Shown piece after piece: positions 7,615 through 17,016 of a stretch of 17,016 nt of DNA. The DNA is from Candidatus Heimdallarchaeota archaeon. Its GTDB lineage: Archaea; Asgardarchaeota; Heimdallarchaeia; Heimdallarchaeales; Heimdallarchaeaceae. The DNA is taken from positions 1 through 17,016 of the forward strand of contig JAAFKJ010000200.1 in NCBI GenBank assembly GCA_021399395.1, written 5' to 3'. A program made the translations under genes and the position numbers. Positions within the stretch are counted from its first letter, which is position 1; the number at the start of each line of letters is the position of its first letter. Below the pieces are notes generated by a model. It saw only the letters and a program-made list of their open reading frames with translations. It made no database searches and was not told the origin of the DNA.

Positions 7615-8455
7615 TCAAAGCATATCTAATTCAAGAAGGTGGAGTAAGATGGAAACCAGTTTAACGAGAAACACTTCAAAATCAAAAATGATGTCCTTCA
7701 GCATTTTTCCAAGAAAGTTGCTTTACAGAACTATCCTAGGCAAAATTAAAGATTCATCTAGTTTCTTTGTATCAGAAAAGGATTACAGAGATATCAGATT
7801 AGTAGGAAACCTAACCCCTATTGTTTTCATAATAACAACTGTTGTTATATTTCTTATCACCCAATTGAATATAGTATTAGGATTAATTATAGGTCTCATC
7901 TCTAGTATCGGGTTTCTATTCGTGTTTGGGGATCATATTCGATCAAAAATTATTGAAAGACACACGAAATTTGAGGAAACGGCATTTTTAATCCTAAATT
8001 CTCTCTCAATAAACATGTTGTCTACTGAATCCTTCCCACATTCAATTGAATTGTTACTTTCCAAAAGTGGCATAGATGAAGATTATAAGAAATATTTTCA
8101 GGAGATGATCCATAATCTAAATTTAGGAGAAAGTGAGGATCATATAATTCAAGAAGGTGGAAAAATCTTTCAAACTAAGAAATATGAGAATGCATTTCAG
8201 AACATTAAAACAGAGAATACCTTTATTGATTCCGATCCAGATTTTCTGTTAAGGGTTAGAAGAGGAATAAAGCTGACTGAAGATAATATAGTCATCTTTA
8301 TAGCTGTTTCATGTCTGTTACCATTGGTTCTAAGTATAGTGTTATCTTTCATATTACCATCAGATTCATTAATAATTTTCGTATTTCCTCTTCTTTATGC
8401 AATATTCGGAACACTAATACTTCGCTTTATGCAAAATAGAGGGTCTGGTGACTAA
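7589..8455 (+). CDS. Membrane protein, probable TadB/TadC (T2SS-F-like) platform protein; true start may be downstream (e.g. ATG 7649)
   Basis: Two N-terminal and two C-terminal TM segments flank a helical soluble domain (FQEMIHNLNLGESE). It overlaps the ATPase gene. The family call rests on topology and context. Confidence 0.65.
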   Translation: MNLGDKVNDQSISNSRRWSKMETSLTRNTSKSKMMSFSIFPRKLLYRTILGKIKDSSSFFVSEKDYRDIRLVGNLTPIVFIITTVVIFLITQLNIVLGLIIGLISSIGFLFVFGDHIRSKIIERHTKFEETAFLILNSLSINMLSTESFPHSIELLLSKSGIDEDYKKYFQEMIHNLNLGESEDHIIQEGGKIFQTKKYENAFQNIKTENTFIDSDPDFLLRVRRGIKLTEDNIVIFIAVSCLLPLVLSIVLSFILPSDSLIIFVFPLLYAIFGTLILRFMQNRGSGD

Positions 8456-9074
8456 AATAAGTAATCTAAACTGTACAGAATTTGATTTCCTTAGCAATGT
8501 AGCTTTTCGTTTAGAAAGTGGAGAAAACCTTGAACGTGCATTTTTCTTGACTGAAAATGTTCCTGGAGAGATTCTTGTAAGACTTCAACTCGGAGAAGAA
8601 CTCGCAAGTATTGTCACCTCTATTAGTTTCAAATATCCAGCTCTGGCAAATCTATTTGGTTCCATTGACAATGCTGATGAATCAGATATACTAGAGCGAT
8701 TAAAAATAACATCTAGACTTATCAGAATAAGGGAAGAAACTCTAAAAGAGAAAGAAACGACATTAAAAGTACATAGACGAAGAATCAAGATAATACGTTT
8801 TATTACATTGGTCATTATTGCAATAATTGCAGGTTTCTCACCAATTTTTTCAAATTTATATGAATTCATTAATACAGGAGAATTTACTACTTCGCTTTCT
8901 ATTGTTTCATATCTGTCAATTTCCTTCCTTATGATCAATCTACTAAATAACTATTTTCTCCTCAAGATGTCAAATGAAACTCACATTAAAATTAGGTTGA
9001 TTATCGTATTGGTCTTACATTCTATTATCTTAATAGGAGTGAGATACTTTTTAATAGGAGTTATTCCTTTTTAA
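8448..9074 (+). CDS. Membrane protein, probable TadB/TadC (T2SS-F-like) platform protein
   Basis: FLSNVAFRLESGENLERAF and RLQLGEEL resemble the T2SSF pattern; three C-terminal TM segments; 8-nt overlap with the upstream gene. Confidence 0.7.
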   Translation: MTKISNLNCTEFDFLSNVAFRLESGENLERAFFLTENVPGEILVRLQLGEELASIVTSISFKYPALANLFGSIDNADESDILERLKITSRLIRIREETLKEKETTLKVHRRRIKIIRFITLVIIAIIAGFSPIFSNLYEFINTGEFTTSLSIVSYLSISFLMINLLNNYFLLKMSNETHIKIRLIIVLVLHSIILIGVRYFLIGVIPF

Positions 9075-9109
9075 GAAAACTCCGTATTAGTTAAGATATC
9101 CAACATAAT

Positions 9110-10150
9110 TCAATCAAAACTTGAAGATAATCTCTCGCTGATTTCATTAATAATGTCTTCATAGTCATATGAAAACATGAATTCAGCATGATCTCTTATT
9201 GTAAACTCAGCAACATTTGTAGATTGTGCCACAAGCTTTTGTGTTAGAGCAGAAGAATGCTTTATCTTTCTAGATAAGAGCTTATCTGCAACATAAGCAG
9301 AAGCTGCTGAAAGAGGGTAGGGTCTTCTTCCTCCACGATCAGGATAAGGTATTCGTTCAAGAATTTTCAAACAAAGAAGCTGAAGCATCCTTTCATAGAC
9401 ATAAGCATCAATTGAATATTTCTTCTGAACTCTTTCCTTTATTGTAGAACAACTACAAATCAAAGAACAAATTCTGAAAACGTATTCTTCACTTCTTCTA
9501 ATTCCGCTTGAAGCTGGTTTGATATTTAGGTCTTGCATAAGACTCAACAGATTCTTTCCAAGAACTCTATGACCTAATTCCCTGTAAGTATTCACTATTT
9601 CTTTTAACGTTAAAGGACAATTGGTTCCTGATTCACGCACACTTAGAAATAGTGCCATAGCTGAAAGCAAAACATGGTTTGTTATCTTCTTTTTATGTTC
9701 TGACTTATACTGATGGTAAAGAAAGAGTGTTCTTTCTCGTATCTTATTTGGAACTTGAAGTCGTGAAAAAACTTCATTTAAAATCTTCAAAGTTCGAAAA
9801 TCAGTTTCTTTTCCTTTAATGGCTCCAGGAATATGATAATAAGTTTTGAATTTTCTAAACTTATATTGCATAGTTTCATCTAAAAGAGATCCATTTGAAT
9901 CCCTAAACATATATTCTTCCACAGAACCAATAGATGAACCTAGAGAACTTACAACAGCCAGATTGTTATTTATCGACGTATACTGTTGGCTTTTTCTATT
10001 TCCACCGGTTGTCACCGAACCTAATTGAAAAGACGAAGATTCCAGAATTGGATCATGTACAAGACCACACCTCTGGCACACATACTCCCCGTTCTCTTGA
10101 ATTATTCGAGATCCACATTCATCACACAAGCAATTTTCCATTTTACTCAA
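9110..10150 (-). CDS. tfb: Transcription initiation factor IIB (TFB) family protein, divergent paralog; start probably ATG 10141
   Basis: Zn ribbon CDECGS..ENGEYVCQRCGLV, two cyclin-like repeats, GRRPYPLSAASAY and C-terminal HTH LTQKLVAQSTNVAEFTIRD. Confidence 0.88.
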   Translation of the reverse strand: MSKMENCLCDECGSRIIQENGEYVCQRCGLVHDPILESSSFQLGSVTTGGNRKSQQYTSINNNLAVVSSLGSSIGSVEEYMFRDSNGSLLDETMQYKFRKFKTYYHIPGAIKGKETDFRTLKILNEVFSRLQVPNKIRERTLFLYHQYKSEHKKKITNHVLLSAMALFLSVRESGTNCPLTLKEIVNTYRELGHRVLGKNLLSLMQDLNIKPASSGIRRSEEYVFRICSLICSCSTIKERVQKKYSIDAYVYERMLQLLCLKILERIPYPDRGGRRPYPLSAASAYVADKLLSRKIKHSSALTQKLVAQSTNVAEFTIRDHAEFMFSYDYEDIINEISERLSSSFD

Positions 10151-10398
10151 GAGAAATAACTATACCGAAACTATTTAGAATTTTTAAGATTCAAACGGAG
10201 CTGTGGTTTACTGTTACTAGAATTCAATGTCTTCAAAAATAGTTTCAATGTATTTGAAAAGCAAGAGGAGGCAGTTGACTGAAAGTAATATATAATCGAT
10301 TTTTGTTGAAAAATGGTTAGAAAACTGAGATAATCTAAGACGAACAGTTTCTAGAAAATTGTGCTGTTTTTAAAATATAGTTTACATAGAATAATAGA

Positions 10399-13233
10399 AT
10401 GAAACACAAGAAAATGATAATGGCAGTTTTATTTTTCTATCTAATATTAGCATTAGAATCGCCAATCGCGATTAGTGATGATGGTTCTTACACTATTGAT
10501 AAAGAGCTAAGAAGCCTAAATGCTGATGGAAATTTCATCAAAGAAGACAGAGAGATAGAGGAGAAAAACACACAATTCAAAACTTTAGGAGAAGAAGAGA
10601 CATTAGAAGAAACACTGAATTCTTTCAATCCTAATGTAAATATAACTGGGGACTATGCTGGCGAGGATATAGAGGGCACTATAGGGGATAATTCAACCAT
10701 TATTCTTCCTGGAAATGGAGAATACTCACTCGAAGGAAATGTAACTAATTTAGAGTCACAATATATTCAGAATCCTGGAGCTGAGGAGGAATTACAGTTT
10801 TATTCAGAAGATGCAACTAACGTTGGTCTTGGGTTAGAAAGGATAGAAGAAGCAAATAGCTTTAATGGAGATTATGCATGGAAATTCTATTCTCAGAACA
10901 CCGAATCTATTACGTATGCATTATATCAGGAAGATTTACCATTATATCAGACAGATACAGAGATATCTTACAATTATTTTCTTGTTTCAAACTCAAGCTT
11001 ACAAAATGTTGTGAACTCATCATTGATATTCGATTTTGTATTTGATACATGTCGAATAATGGTAATTCATTGGCATTATACAGATATCGAACCCCCCTCA
11101 GTAGGTGATAATACTACATCTCCCTTCATTGTATATAGGCTTCTTCAGAATAGTAGTTGGGATGATCAATGGAATGATTTCACCTTATCAATCTCAGATT
11201 TATTCGCAGACGGAGATCCATTTATTCCTACTATGATGAAATCTTTTGGTATATATGTAATCTCACCGAAAATATCAGAATGTACAGTTTTAATCGATGA
11301 TTTTCAGGTCAAAACATCAGTTGACCCTTCAGACATCAATTTAACAATAAATGATATACAAGTGACTTCAATAGGTCCGGGAACAGGGTCTGTTGATGCT
11401 ATAATTACGTTCGAAGAAGCACAATATGTTTATGATATCATCTGGGATCATAATTCAAGTAAATCAATTACAGGTAATTTCTCAACGAAATTATTAGGAA
11501 TAGTTGAAATGACTTGGGAAAAACAAATTGTTTTTTACAATCAGTCTACACTTCTATATTCCATAAGTATTCTCAATTTGAGTGAATTAATTAATCAGAT
11601 AAATATCACATATCCAGATAACTGGTTAGACTTTGGTAGTCCAGTAGGTGCTGATATCATATCTAATGATGACTTAGGTAATGGATACAAGAGGTTGTCT
11701 CTTGCCAAGCAAGAAACATTTTACGTAATTCACTGTGATTTTGCACTGACAAATCATATAGTTGAAGTGAATTACGAAAATACATCAGTTTTTGAAACTT
11801 TGAATGCATCATTTGTATTCCAAGAGCTAGTATCTACACCATTCATTTACATATTTTGGGACGCAGGAGGTGCTACATGTGAGTTAGCCAGCAATAATAT
11901 ATCTTATTTATTCCCTCCATCGATTATTGATGGGTCTATTGATATTACTTTTCTAGTAGTTGATGGAAACTTCATTGGATATAGAAATGATACAATTGAC
12001 ATTCTTAGAAAGCCAGCAATTATGACTGTAGAAGAACAGATTAGCATACCAAAATATGCAATGAAAGAACTGAAGGTATCCTATGATAGTTTAGATCCAT
12101 ATGTAGAAATAGAAAATACAGTGGTTGAGGCGAATCTAGACGGTGAAATAATTCCAGCAATTATGCAGGATGGTGAGTATAGCATCTTTATTTCATCGTT
12201 TTACCTGACACAAAGTCAATATGTACTTGAAATTCGAGCTCAATCTCTAACCCATGCAACAATATCGAAATCGATCAATGTTACTATCGAGGATAGTGAG
12301 ATTGTAATTGGATTTCAATATGAACCATCTGAAAATCCAGCAGAATATGTTTTGTGCTTTAATATCACTTCAAGTGGAGCATCTGTGGGGTATGCACCAA
12401 TTACCATTGAAATAAATCAAGATATTCAACAAACTGGAATAACTAAAATTGATGGTATCTACACCTATGTTGTTGAATTACCTCTAGATATTTTATCTGT
12501 AAATGTTACATGTACAATATTCAAAGTTACACAAATTGTAGGTATAAGAACTTTTGAAATAGAATTTGAAAATAGTTTAGTCGGAGCAGAAAGAAGTGCT
12601 GATGATGTGCTCATTTCCACAAATATAACATTGATTTATGATATTCATTATTCAATAAATCATGATAGATGGATACACATGTTAGAGGAAGAGATGGTCC
12701 CAATATTGGATGCATACATAGAAACCTCTTCATTAAGAATTCCTGTAACATGGGATTCAAATGCTTGTTACTGGCAAATGCAAGCAAATGAGGAAACAGA
12801 CGATCATAAACTAGTAATCATAACAGAAGGACCAGATTTAGAAATTACTGATGAAGAAACTGATGATGAAATAAAAATCCACTTTGTGATAACAGCTGAA
12901 ACAAAAGAGTACTCAAATTTATCAGTTTTATACCATTTCAACGAAAGTTATACTACCTCAAAATATGACTGGAACCTTATAGTAAACAATCAAAACGATG
13001 TTACCAAACTCTATGGTTTGGAAGTAAATAATCTGTATGCATACTTTACCAATCTAGATGTTGTAAAAGGCAGTATTCTTGTTTTTGATCTGGTGGGGAG
13101 TAAAAATTCACAAACAAACCCATTTACAAATATAGTAATTCCCGTAGTTTCGAGTACAAGTGTGCTTCTAGGGGCAATAACAGTTGGAATTAAAATCTAC
13201 AATAAGAGAAAAGGCATGATACTAGAAATTTAG
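10399..13233 (+). CDS. Large acidic secreted, membrane-anchored surface protein (944 aa)
   Basis: N-terminal signal peptide (MKHKK plus hydrophobic stretch), beta-rich acidic body with many N-x-S/T sequons, C-terminal TM helix followed by basic NKRKG. Confidence 0.85.
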   Translation: MKHKKMIMAVLFFYLILALESPIAISDDGSYTIDKELRSLNADGNFIKEDREIEEKNTQFKTLGEEETLEETLNSFNPNVNITGDYAGEDIEGTIGDNSTIILPGNGEYSLEGNVTNLESQYIQNPGAEEELQFYSEDATNVGLGLERIEEANSFNGDYAWKFYSQNTESITYALYQEDLPLYQTDTEISYNYFLVSNSSLQNVVNSSLIFDFVFDTCRIMVIHWHYTDIEPPSVGDNTTSPFIVYRLLQNSSWDDQWNDFTLSISDLFADGDPFIPTMMKSFGIYVISPKISECTVLIDDFQVKTSVDPSDINLTINDIQVTSIGPGTGSVDAIITFEEAQYVYDIIWDHNSSKSITGNFSTKLLGIVEMTWEKQIVFYNQSTLLYSISILNLSELINQINITYPDNWLDFGSPVGADIISNDDLGNGYKRLSLAKQETFYVIHCDFALTNHIVEVNYENTSVFETLNASFVFQELVSTPFIYIFWDAGGATCELASNNISYLFPPSIIDGSIDITFLVVDGNFIGYRNDTIDILRKPAIMTVEEQISIPKYAMKELKVSYDSLDPYVEIENTVVEANLDGEIIPAIMQDGEYSIFISSFYLTQSQYVLEIRAQSLTHATISKSINVTIEDSEIVIGFQYEPSENPAEYVLCFNITSSGASVGYAPITIEINQDIQQTGITKIDGIYTYVVELPLDILSVNVTCTIFKVTQIVGIRTFEIEFENSLVGAERSADDVLISTNITLIYDIHYSINHDRWIHMLEEEMVPILDAYIETSSLRIPVTWDSNACYWQMQANEETDDHKLVIITEGPDLEITDEETDDEIKIHFVITAETKEYSNLSVLYHFNESYTTSKYDWNLIVNNQNDVTKLYGLEVNNLYAYFTNLDVVKGSILVFDLVGSKNSQTNPFTNIVIPVVSSTSVLLGAITVGIKIYNKRKGMILEI

Positions 13234-13235
13234 AA

Positions 13236-13346
13236 TCATGTGGTTTCTTCTTCTTTTCCAACACTAAATGCATGGTAGAAGAGTGCAAAAACTATTGCTA
13301 TTATTATAACGACTATAATTATGGTTTTTATTGCAAGGAAATCCAT
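13236..13346 (-). CDS. Small single-pass membrane protein (36 aa): MDFLAIKTIIIVVIIIAIVFALFYHAFSVGKEEETT
   Basis: Hand-translated; below the ORF track cutoff. One clean TM helix, fills the gap between convergent genes, and has a BRE/TATA-like sequence about 30 nt upstream. Confidence 0.7.
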   Translation of the reverse strand: MDFLAIKTIIIVVIIIAIVFALFYHAFSVGKEEETT

Positions 13347-13370
13347 ATTATTCGTTTGAAGCTGTTTCTT

Positions 13371-13390
13371 GTTTATTAATAAGCTTTTCG
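13371..13390 (-). promoter_or_regulatory. Putative BRE + TATA promoter of the 36-aa gene (leaderless)
   Basis: Minus strand CGAAAAGC-TTATTAATAAAC, with the AT box about 27-36 nt upstream of ATG 13346. Confidence 0.55.
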
Positions 13391-13413
13391 ACCCATTGCA
13401 AAAACTACTAATT

Positions 13414-15540
13414 TTAATCTGTATGAATCTGATTAATCATGGCTTTAGTTGCTTCATTATATTTCACTCTTTCAATAGAGTTAGCAATTATTTCCAAGCT
13501 CTTCAGATAGGGATTCTTATTTACTTTACCACTTATTATAAGCTCTGAGTTAACGAAATTTTTAGCTTTAAGATATTGGTATGGAGCTTTATCAGATTCA
13601 TTTTCATCAACCATTCTTGCTGCGTCATTAGCAGACATACCCAAAACAATCTCTGCTAGTTTTCCAGCACATAGAACATTGATATTTCCAGTACCATCAT
13701 TAGCTATGAAAGTAAATAAAATTCTATTTAGAGGTTCAGTTACTTTTCCGTGCTCAGAACAAGTATAATTAGAGTTCTCTTTTTTCGTCTTCTTTTTACA
13801 CTCAGGGCAGAGGGGATACACAAATTGTTTCTCGATTAACTTAATTACAGTAGCTTGAATAGTAACATCATCACCCTCTTCTATATCTTCAATATCTTTT
13901 AATTTCTCCAAATTTGTTTCTTTTGGGGATACGGTTAAACTAGAAACAAATCCTTGTGGATTAGATGAATTAGAAAGAGATTTTTTTACAATTGTATTTC
14001 TGGTAATAAGGAGTTCAGAACCATATCCTGTATCTTCTTTGACTTTAGCATTGAACAATTCTATATGATCTCCTACAGCTAAACCAGTAAGTTTTGATAC
14101 ATTTTCTCTCCAACTAGTTATTCGAATGGATGCTGTCTGGTCTTCAATTTTAAGTTTCCTTAATTGAACAGTATCATTGTTTTTTGTAACAATATCTTGA
14201 ACTGCAGATAAATCTGTTATTATCCCTTTAACATGAATTTCTACCAAGTCATCAGATATATCCTTAATATCCATAAAATCAAAGTCAAGAGGTTCAATAT
14301 CATCGGAATCAGATGGTTTTGTATCAAGAAGTGTTTGGTTTCCACAATGAATTTCAATATCATCGTTTCTACCTTTTCTTGTGTATCCATTTTTTATGAA
14401 CAAGACTTTATTGATGTCTTCTTCTGTGATTAGTTCTGTTTTATCATCCCACAGAACCACACCAATTATACCTGATTTATCAGAAATTGATACGTTTCTA
14501 ACTTTACCTTTAGTACCATCTTCTCTTGTGAATTCATGTATGGGGACTATATTGACAATTAATCCTTTAGTGGAAACAAGATCACTAACACCAGTAATCT
14601 GTTCGATGGTTGTTAATTGTGCATCAACAGCAGTCCCAGTCCCAGAACCAACAAAACCTTTCTTAACAATGATATCTTCTGCTTTATCTTGTTTGGAGAC
14701 ATTTGTATATCTACTGGAATGTAATTCTGTAAAACCCCGTAATCCTTCCTTAGCAGCTAATCCAACTACTTCTATAATATCACCAAAAGCTAAGCTATCA
14801 ATAGCATCTACTTTATCATTCCAAAAATTGATATGAATTTCACCAGTTTCGTCACCTACAAGTAGCCCTCGCTTTTTTCCTTTTGTTCCATCCTTCCTTT
14901 CAAACTCTAGCAAGTCATCAATTTGGGTAATTCTGGCCACTAAAGATAAATCAATCTCATTTCTTTTGATATCTTTTATTTTCACAAACATAGACTGGAC
15001 TTCAGGAAGATTGGTTTCATCAACTCCTGAAGGACGAATTTGAACTTGACTACGAATTCCTAAGTGTACTTCTACTGATTGATCTCGACTTAGTTTTGTA
15101 TAACCATTTAAAATACGAATTGGATCTCCCACTTTGACATTTTTATCTTGTAATTCAGACACAATCTGATCCCAAAATACAACCCTTACCTTGCCAGTTG
15201 TATCTTCAATTAGGATTGATTGTAGTACTCCATCTGTACCATCCTTTTTCTTAAAGGAATAACGATCATAAATTCTTAAAATTCTTCCAAGAATATTAAC
15301 ACTTGTTATTTCAGGAGCCAACTGGTCAACTGTTAGCTGAGATTGTACTTGAATTGGAGGTTCAGAAGATAAGTCAACACTCATTTCTCTTGCAACAATA
15401 TGAGCAGCGCCCAATTCGGTCACAAACTCCCCTAGTTCTTCCATTTTATCATTTATGCGTTTGTGAATCTCCTCTTTACCTAAGCTAGTTTCATTAGAGA
15501 TTATTTCTATTATTTCTTTTAGTGAGCGTTGACTTGACAT
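13414..15540 (-). CDS. rpa: Replication protein A (ssDNA-binding), multiple OB folds plus Zn finger
   Basis: Repeated OB motifs (F.R.DGT.G...D.TG...V.W) four times, then a fifth OB fold containing CPECKK..CSEHG and DGTGNI, and a C-terminal helix. Confidence 0.93.
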   Translation of the reverse strand: MSSQRSLKEIIEIISNETSLGKEEIHKRINDKMEELGEFVTELGAAHIVAREMSVDLSSEPPIQVQSQLTVDQLAPEITSVNILGRILRIYDRYSFKKKDGTDGVLQSILIEDTTGKVRVVFWDQIVSELQDKNVKVGDPIRILNGYTKLSRDQSVEVHLGIRSQVQIRPSGVDETNLPEVQSMFVKIKDIKRNEIDLSLVARITQIDDLLEFERKDGTKGKKRGLLVGDETGEIHINFWNDKVDAIDSLAFGDIIEVVGLAAKEGLRGFTELHSSRYTNVSKQDKAEDIIVKKGFVGSGTGTAVDAQLTTIEQITGVSDLVSTKGLIVNIVPIHEFTREDGTKGKVRNVSISDKSGIIGVVLWDDKTELITEEDINKVLFIKNGYTRKGRNDDIEIHCGNQTLLDTKPSDSDDIEPLDFDFMDIKDISDDLVEIHVKGIITDLSAVQDIVTKNNDTVQLRKLKIEDQTASIRITSWRENVSKLTGLAVGDHIELFNAKVKEDTGYGSELLITRNTIVKKSLSNSSNPQGFVSSLTVSPKETNLEKLKDIEDIEEGDDVTIQATVIKLIEKQFVYPLCPECKKKTKKENSNYTCSEHGKVTEPLNRILFTFIANDGTGNINVLCAGKLAEIVLGMSANDAARMVDENESDKAPYQYLKAKNFVNSELIISGKVNKNPYLKSLEIIANSIERVKYNEATKAMINQIHTD

Positions 15541-15566
15541 ACAACAAACATCCTTCTTTACGTTGT

Positions 15567-16838
15567 TTAAGTTTTTTGATTTAAATGTAATAATATTTTT
15601 TCATTATCTGTAGTTTGATCAAGGACATTTTTTTCAATTACTTGAAAAATGTCTACTGATTTATTGCTTTTTTTGTATATAAAATTGAAGTCACTTGGGA
15701 AAATAGAGAGAAATGTCATCCATTTGACATTGTTATCACCATCTTGTACCTCATATGATCTTATGAAAGGAACCTTGTTGTAAAACTCAACAAGCTCCTT
15801 TTCTGAAATCATCAATATTATCATCAATTCTTTATTTTCTAAGATTATTCTTGGTTCAAGTATGCCTATATCCTTTAGTTTGGATTTTATTCTGAACAAA
15901 GTACGGATTGAAACATCGAAAATATTTGCAATTTGTTTAATATTAGGTCTCTTAAAATTTGTTTCACAGTTTCTAACTAATCGTAAAATGTAGTCCTTAC
16001 TTACTGGAGTAACATAAAAATCAGTTTGTTCTCCCTGGATTGGGGTAGGCATTTTTACTCGTCTAACAGAGTTTTTACTCCAGTCTTTTAGAGAAATCCC
16101 CAGAGTTAGAATTCTAGTATTGCATATGATCTTTTTATTTATTACATCATATATCGATGACGCACTGATTTTCTCAGAAGAGACACCATAACCCATAGAA
16201 AAACTGGGAAAGAGTTCATATTTATGCACTACAACCATGGTATCATCATGCAGAGCATGCGTCCCTAATGTAAAAAATTCATAGAAACCTAAAGCGGAAT
16301 AGTCGACTGAAGATCCTAAGGAGATACCTTTAGCTCTTAGACCATTCATTAGATGACTTATTTTTTTCTCAGAAACATGGAATTTTTTCGCTAAATCTTT
16401 GTTCAAAAAATAAGGAGTCTGATCAAGTTGTTCAATTACTCGTTGTTCAAGATAACTAAGACGTGGTTGACTGTTAGTCGAAGAGAGGGTTTCTTCAAAA
16501 AATTGTATAACTTCAGTAAAATCCATGCTTCTAGAATAGATATAATCGTGGAAATTCCGCAATTGCACCCAAAAGTCTTTGTAATCGACGAATTTCCATA
16601 AATCATTATCTTGATATGATTCATTATTGAAAAAATAACGAAAAAATACATCAGTAGTTTTTGAGCGCAAATTTGAAATAAATTTAGGTAAACTATCTCT
16701 AAATAGATTTTTTGTCATAGTCTGTGAGTATTGGTTGATTTTGACTCCAAAATCACTTGGATTAATCTCACCACTTGTTAATGAATCTATTAGTTGTGAA
16801 ACATAATAACTAGTATCCGTACTATCTTGAACATCCAT
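15567..16838 (-). CDS. Protein with two winged-helix (AsnC/Lrp-like) HTH domains, putative regulator
   Basis: HTH1 LSYLEQRVIEQL..NKDLAKKFHVSEKKISHLMNGLRAKGI..VDYSALG; HTH2 PNIKQIANIFDVSIRTLFRIKSKLKDIGIL. Ends 26 nt upstream of rpa. Confidence 0.7.
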   Translation of the reverse strand: MDVQDSTDTSYYVSQLIDSLTSGEINPSDFGVKINQYSQTMTKNLFRDSLPKFISNLRSKTTDVFFRYFFNNESYQDNDLWKFVDYKDFWVQLRNFHDYIYSRSMDFTEVIQFFEETLSSTNSQPRLSYLEQRVIEQLDQTPYFLNKDLAKKFHVSEKKISHLMNGLRAKGISLGSSVDYSALGFYEFFTLGTHALHDDTMVVVHKYELFPSFSMGYGVSSEKISASSIYDVINKKIICNTRILTLGISLKDWSKNSVRRVKMPTPIQGEQTDFYVTPVSKDYILRLVRNCETNFKRPNIKQIANIFDVSIRTLFRIKSKLKDIGILEPRIILENKELMIILMISEKELVEFYNKVPFIRSYEVQDGDNNVKWMTFLSIFPSDFNFIYKKSNKSVDIFQVIEKNVLDQTTDNEKILLHLNQKT

Positions 16839-16860
16839 CAGTTAGATATCAAAACTTCAA

Positions 16861-16869
16861 TATTTATAC
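16861..16869 (-). promoter_or_regulatory. Putative TATA box for the double-HTH/rpa unit
   Basis: GTATAAATA on the minus strand, 23-31 nt upstream of ATG 16838. Confidence 0.5.
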
Positions 16870-17016
16870 ACCACTTTTAAAAAATAGAAAATGTAACAAA
16901 GTGAGACTAAGATAGGAATCTCACTGTAGTCAACTGCTGAGTGAAATATTGCTCAATCTTACCCAAAAACAAGAAAATTTTTGGAATGAACAGTAAAGGT
17001 AAAACTATGTTAGGAA

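Noticed and set aside
8585-10242. ORFs 8585-8938, 9846-10028 and 9934-10242
   Set aside because: Antisense to the Tad-like membrane gene or tfb, with no protein-like features.
13236-13346. 36-aa protein as the missing pilin for the Tad-like module
   Set aside because: No class III signal peptide (basic residues plus G/A cleavage site before the hydrophobic helix), and it is 4 kb from the operon on the opposite strand.
14233-16651. ORFs 14233-14433, 14381-14836, 15303-15488 and 16436-16651
   Set aside because: Antisense or alternative-frame shadows inside rpa and the double-HTH gene.

Overview
AT-rich archaeal chromosomal window, most likely from an Asgard-type archaeon (inferred from gene content and style, not proven). 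It is mainly a core information-processing region: tRNA-Leu(GAG), cdc6/orc1 plus an ArsR-like wHTH gene, tRNA-Glu(CTC), truA, rfcS, a three-gene Tad/type IV filament-like module (ATPase plus two membrane proteins), a divergent TFB paralog, a 944-aa acidic surface protein, a five-OB-fold Zn-finger RPA and a double-wHTH protein. The main find lies in the apparent intergenic gap upstream of cdc6: two tandem minus-strand genes, missed by the ORF track, encoding 23-aa acidic peptides (MYNERYDPDEGDDGILPPAWFPN and MNDKTYDPDEGDDGILPPAWSPY). Their 15-codon core differs only by synonymous changes, and each has its own candidate TATA box, RBS-like motif and T-rich terminator. They sit directly upstream of a 527-aa TPR-like protein, making a candidate undescribed archaeal peptide-TPR receptor module. 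An unannotated 36-aa membrane microprotein and a possible oriC were also seen.
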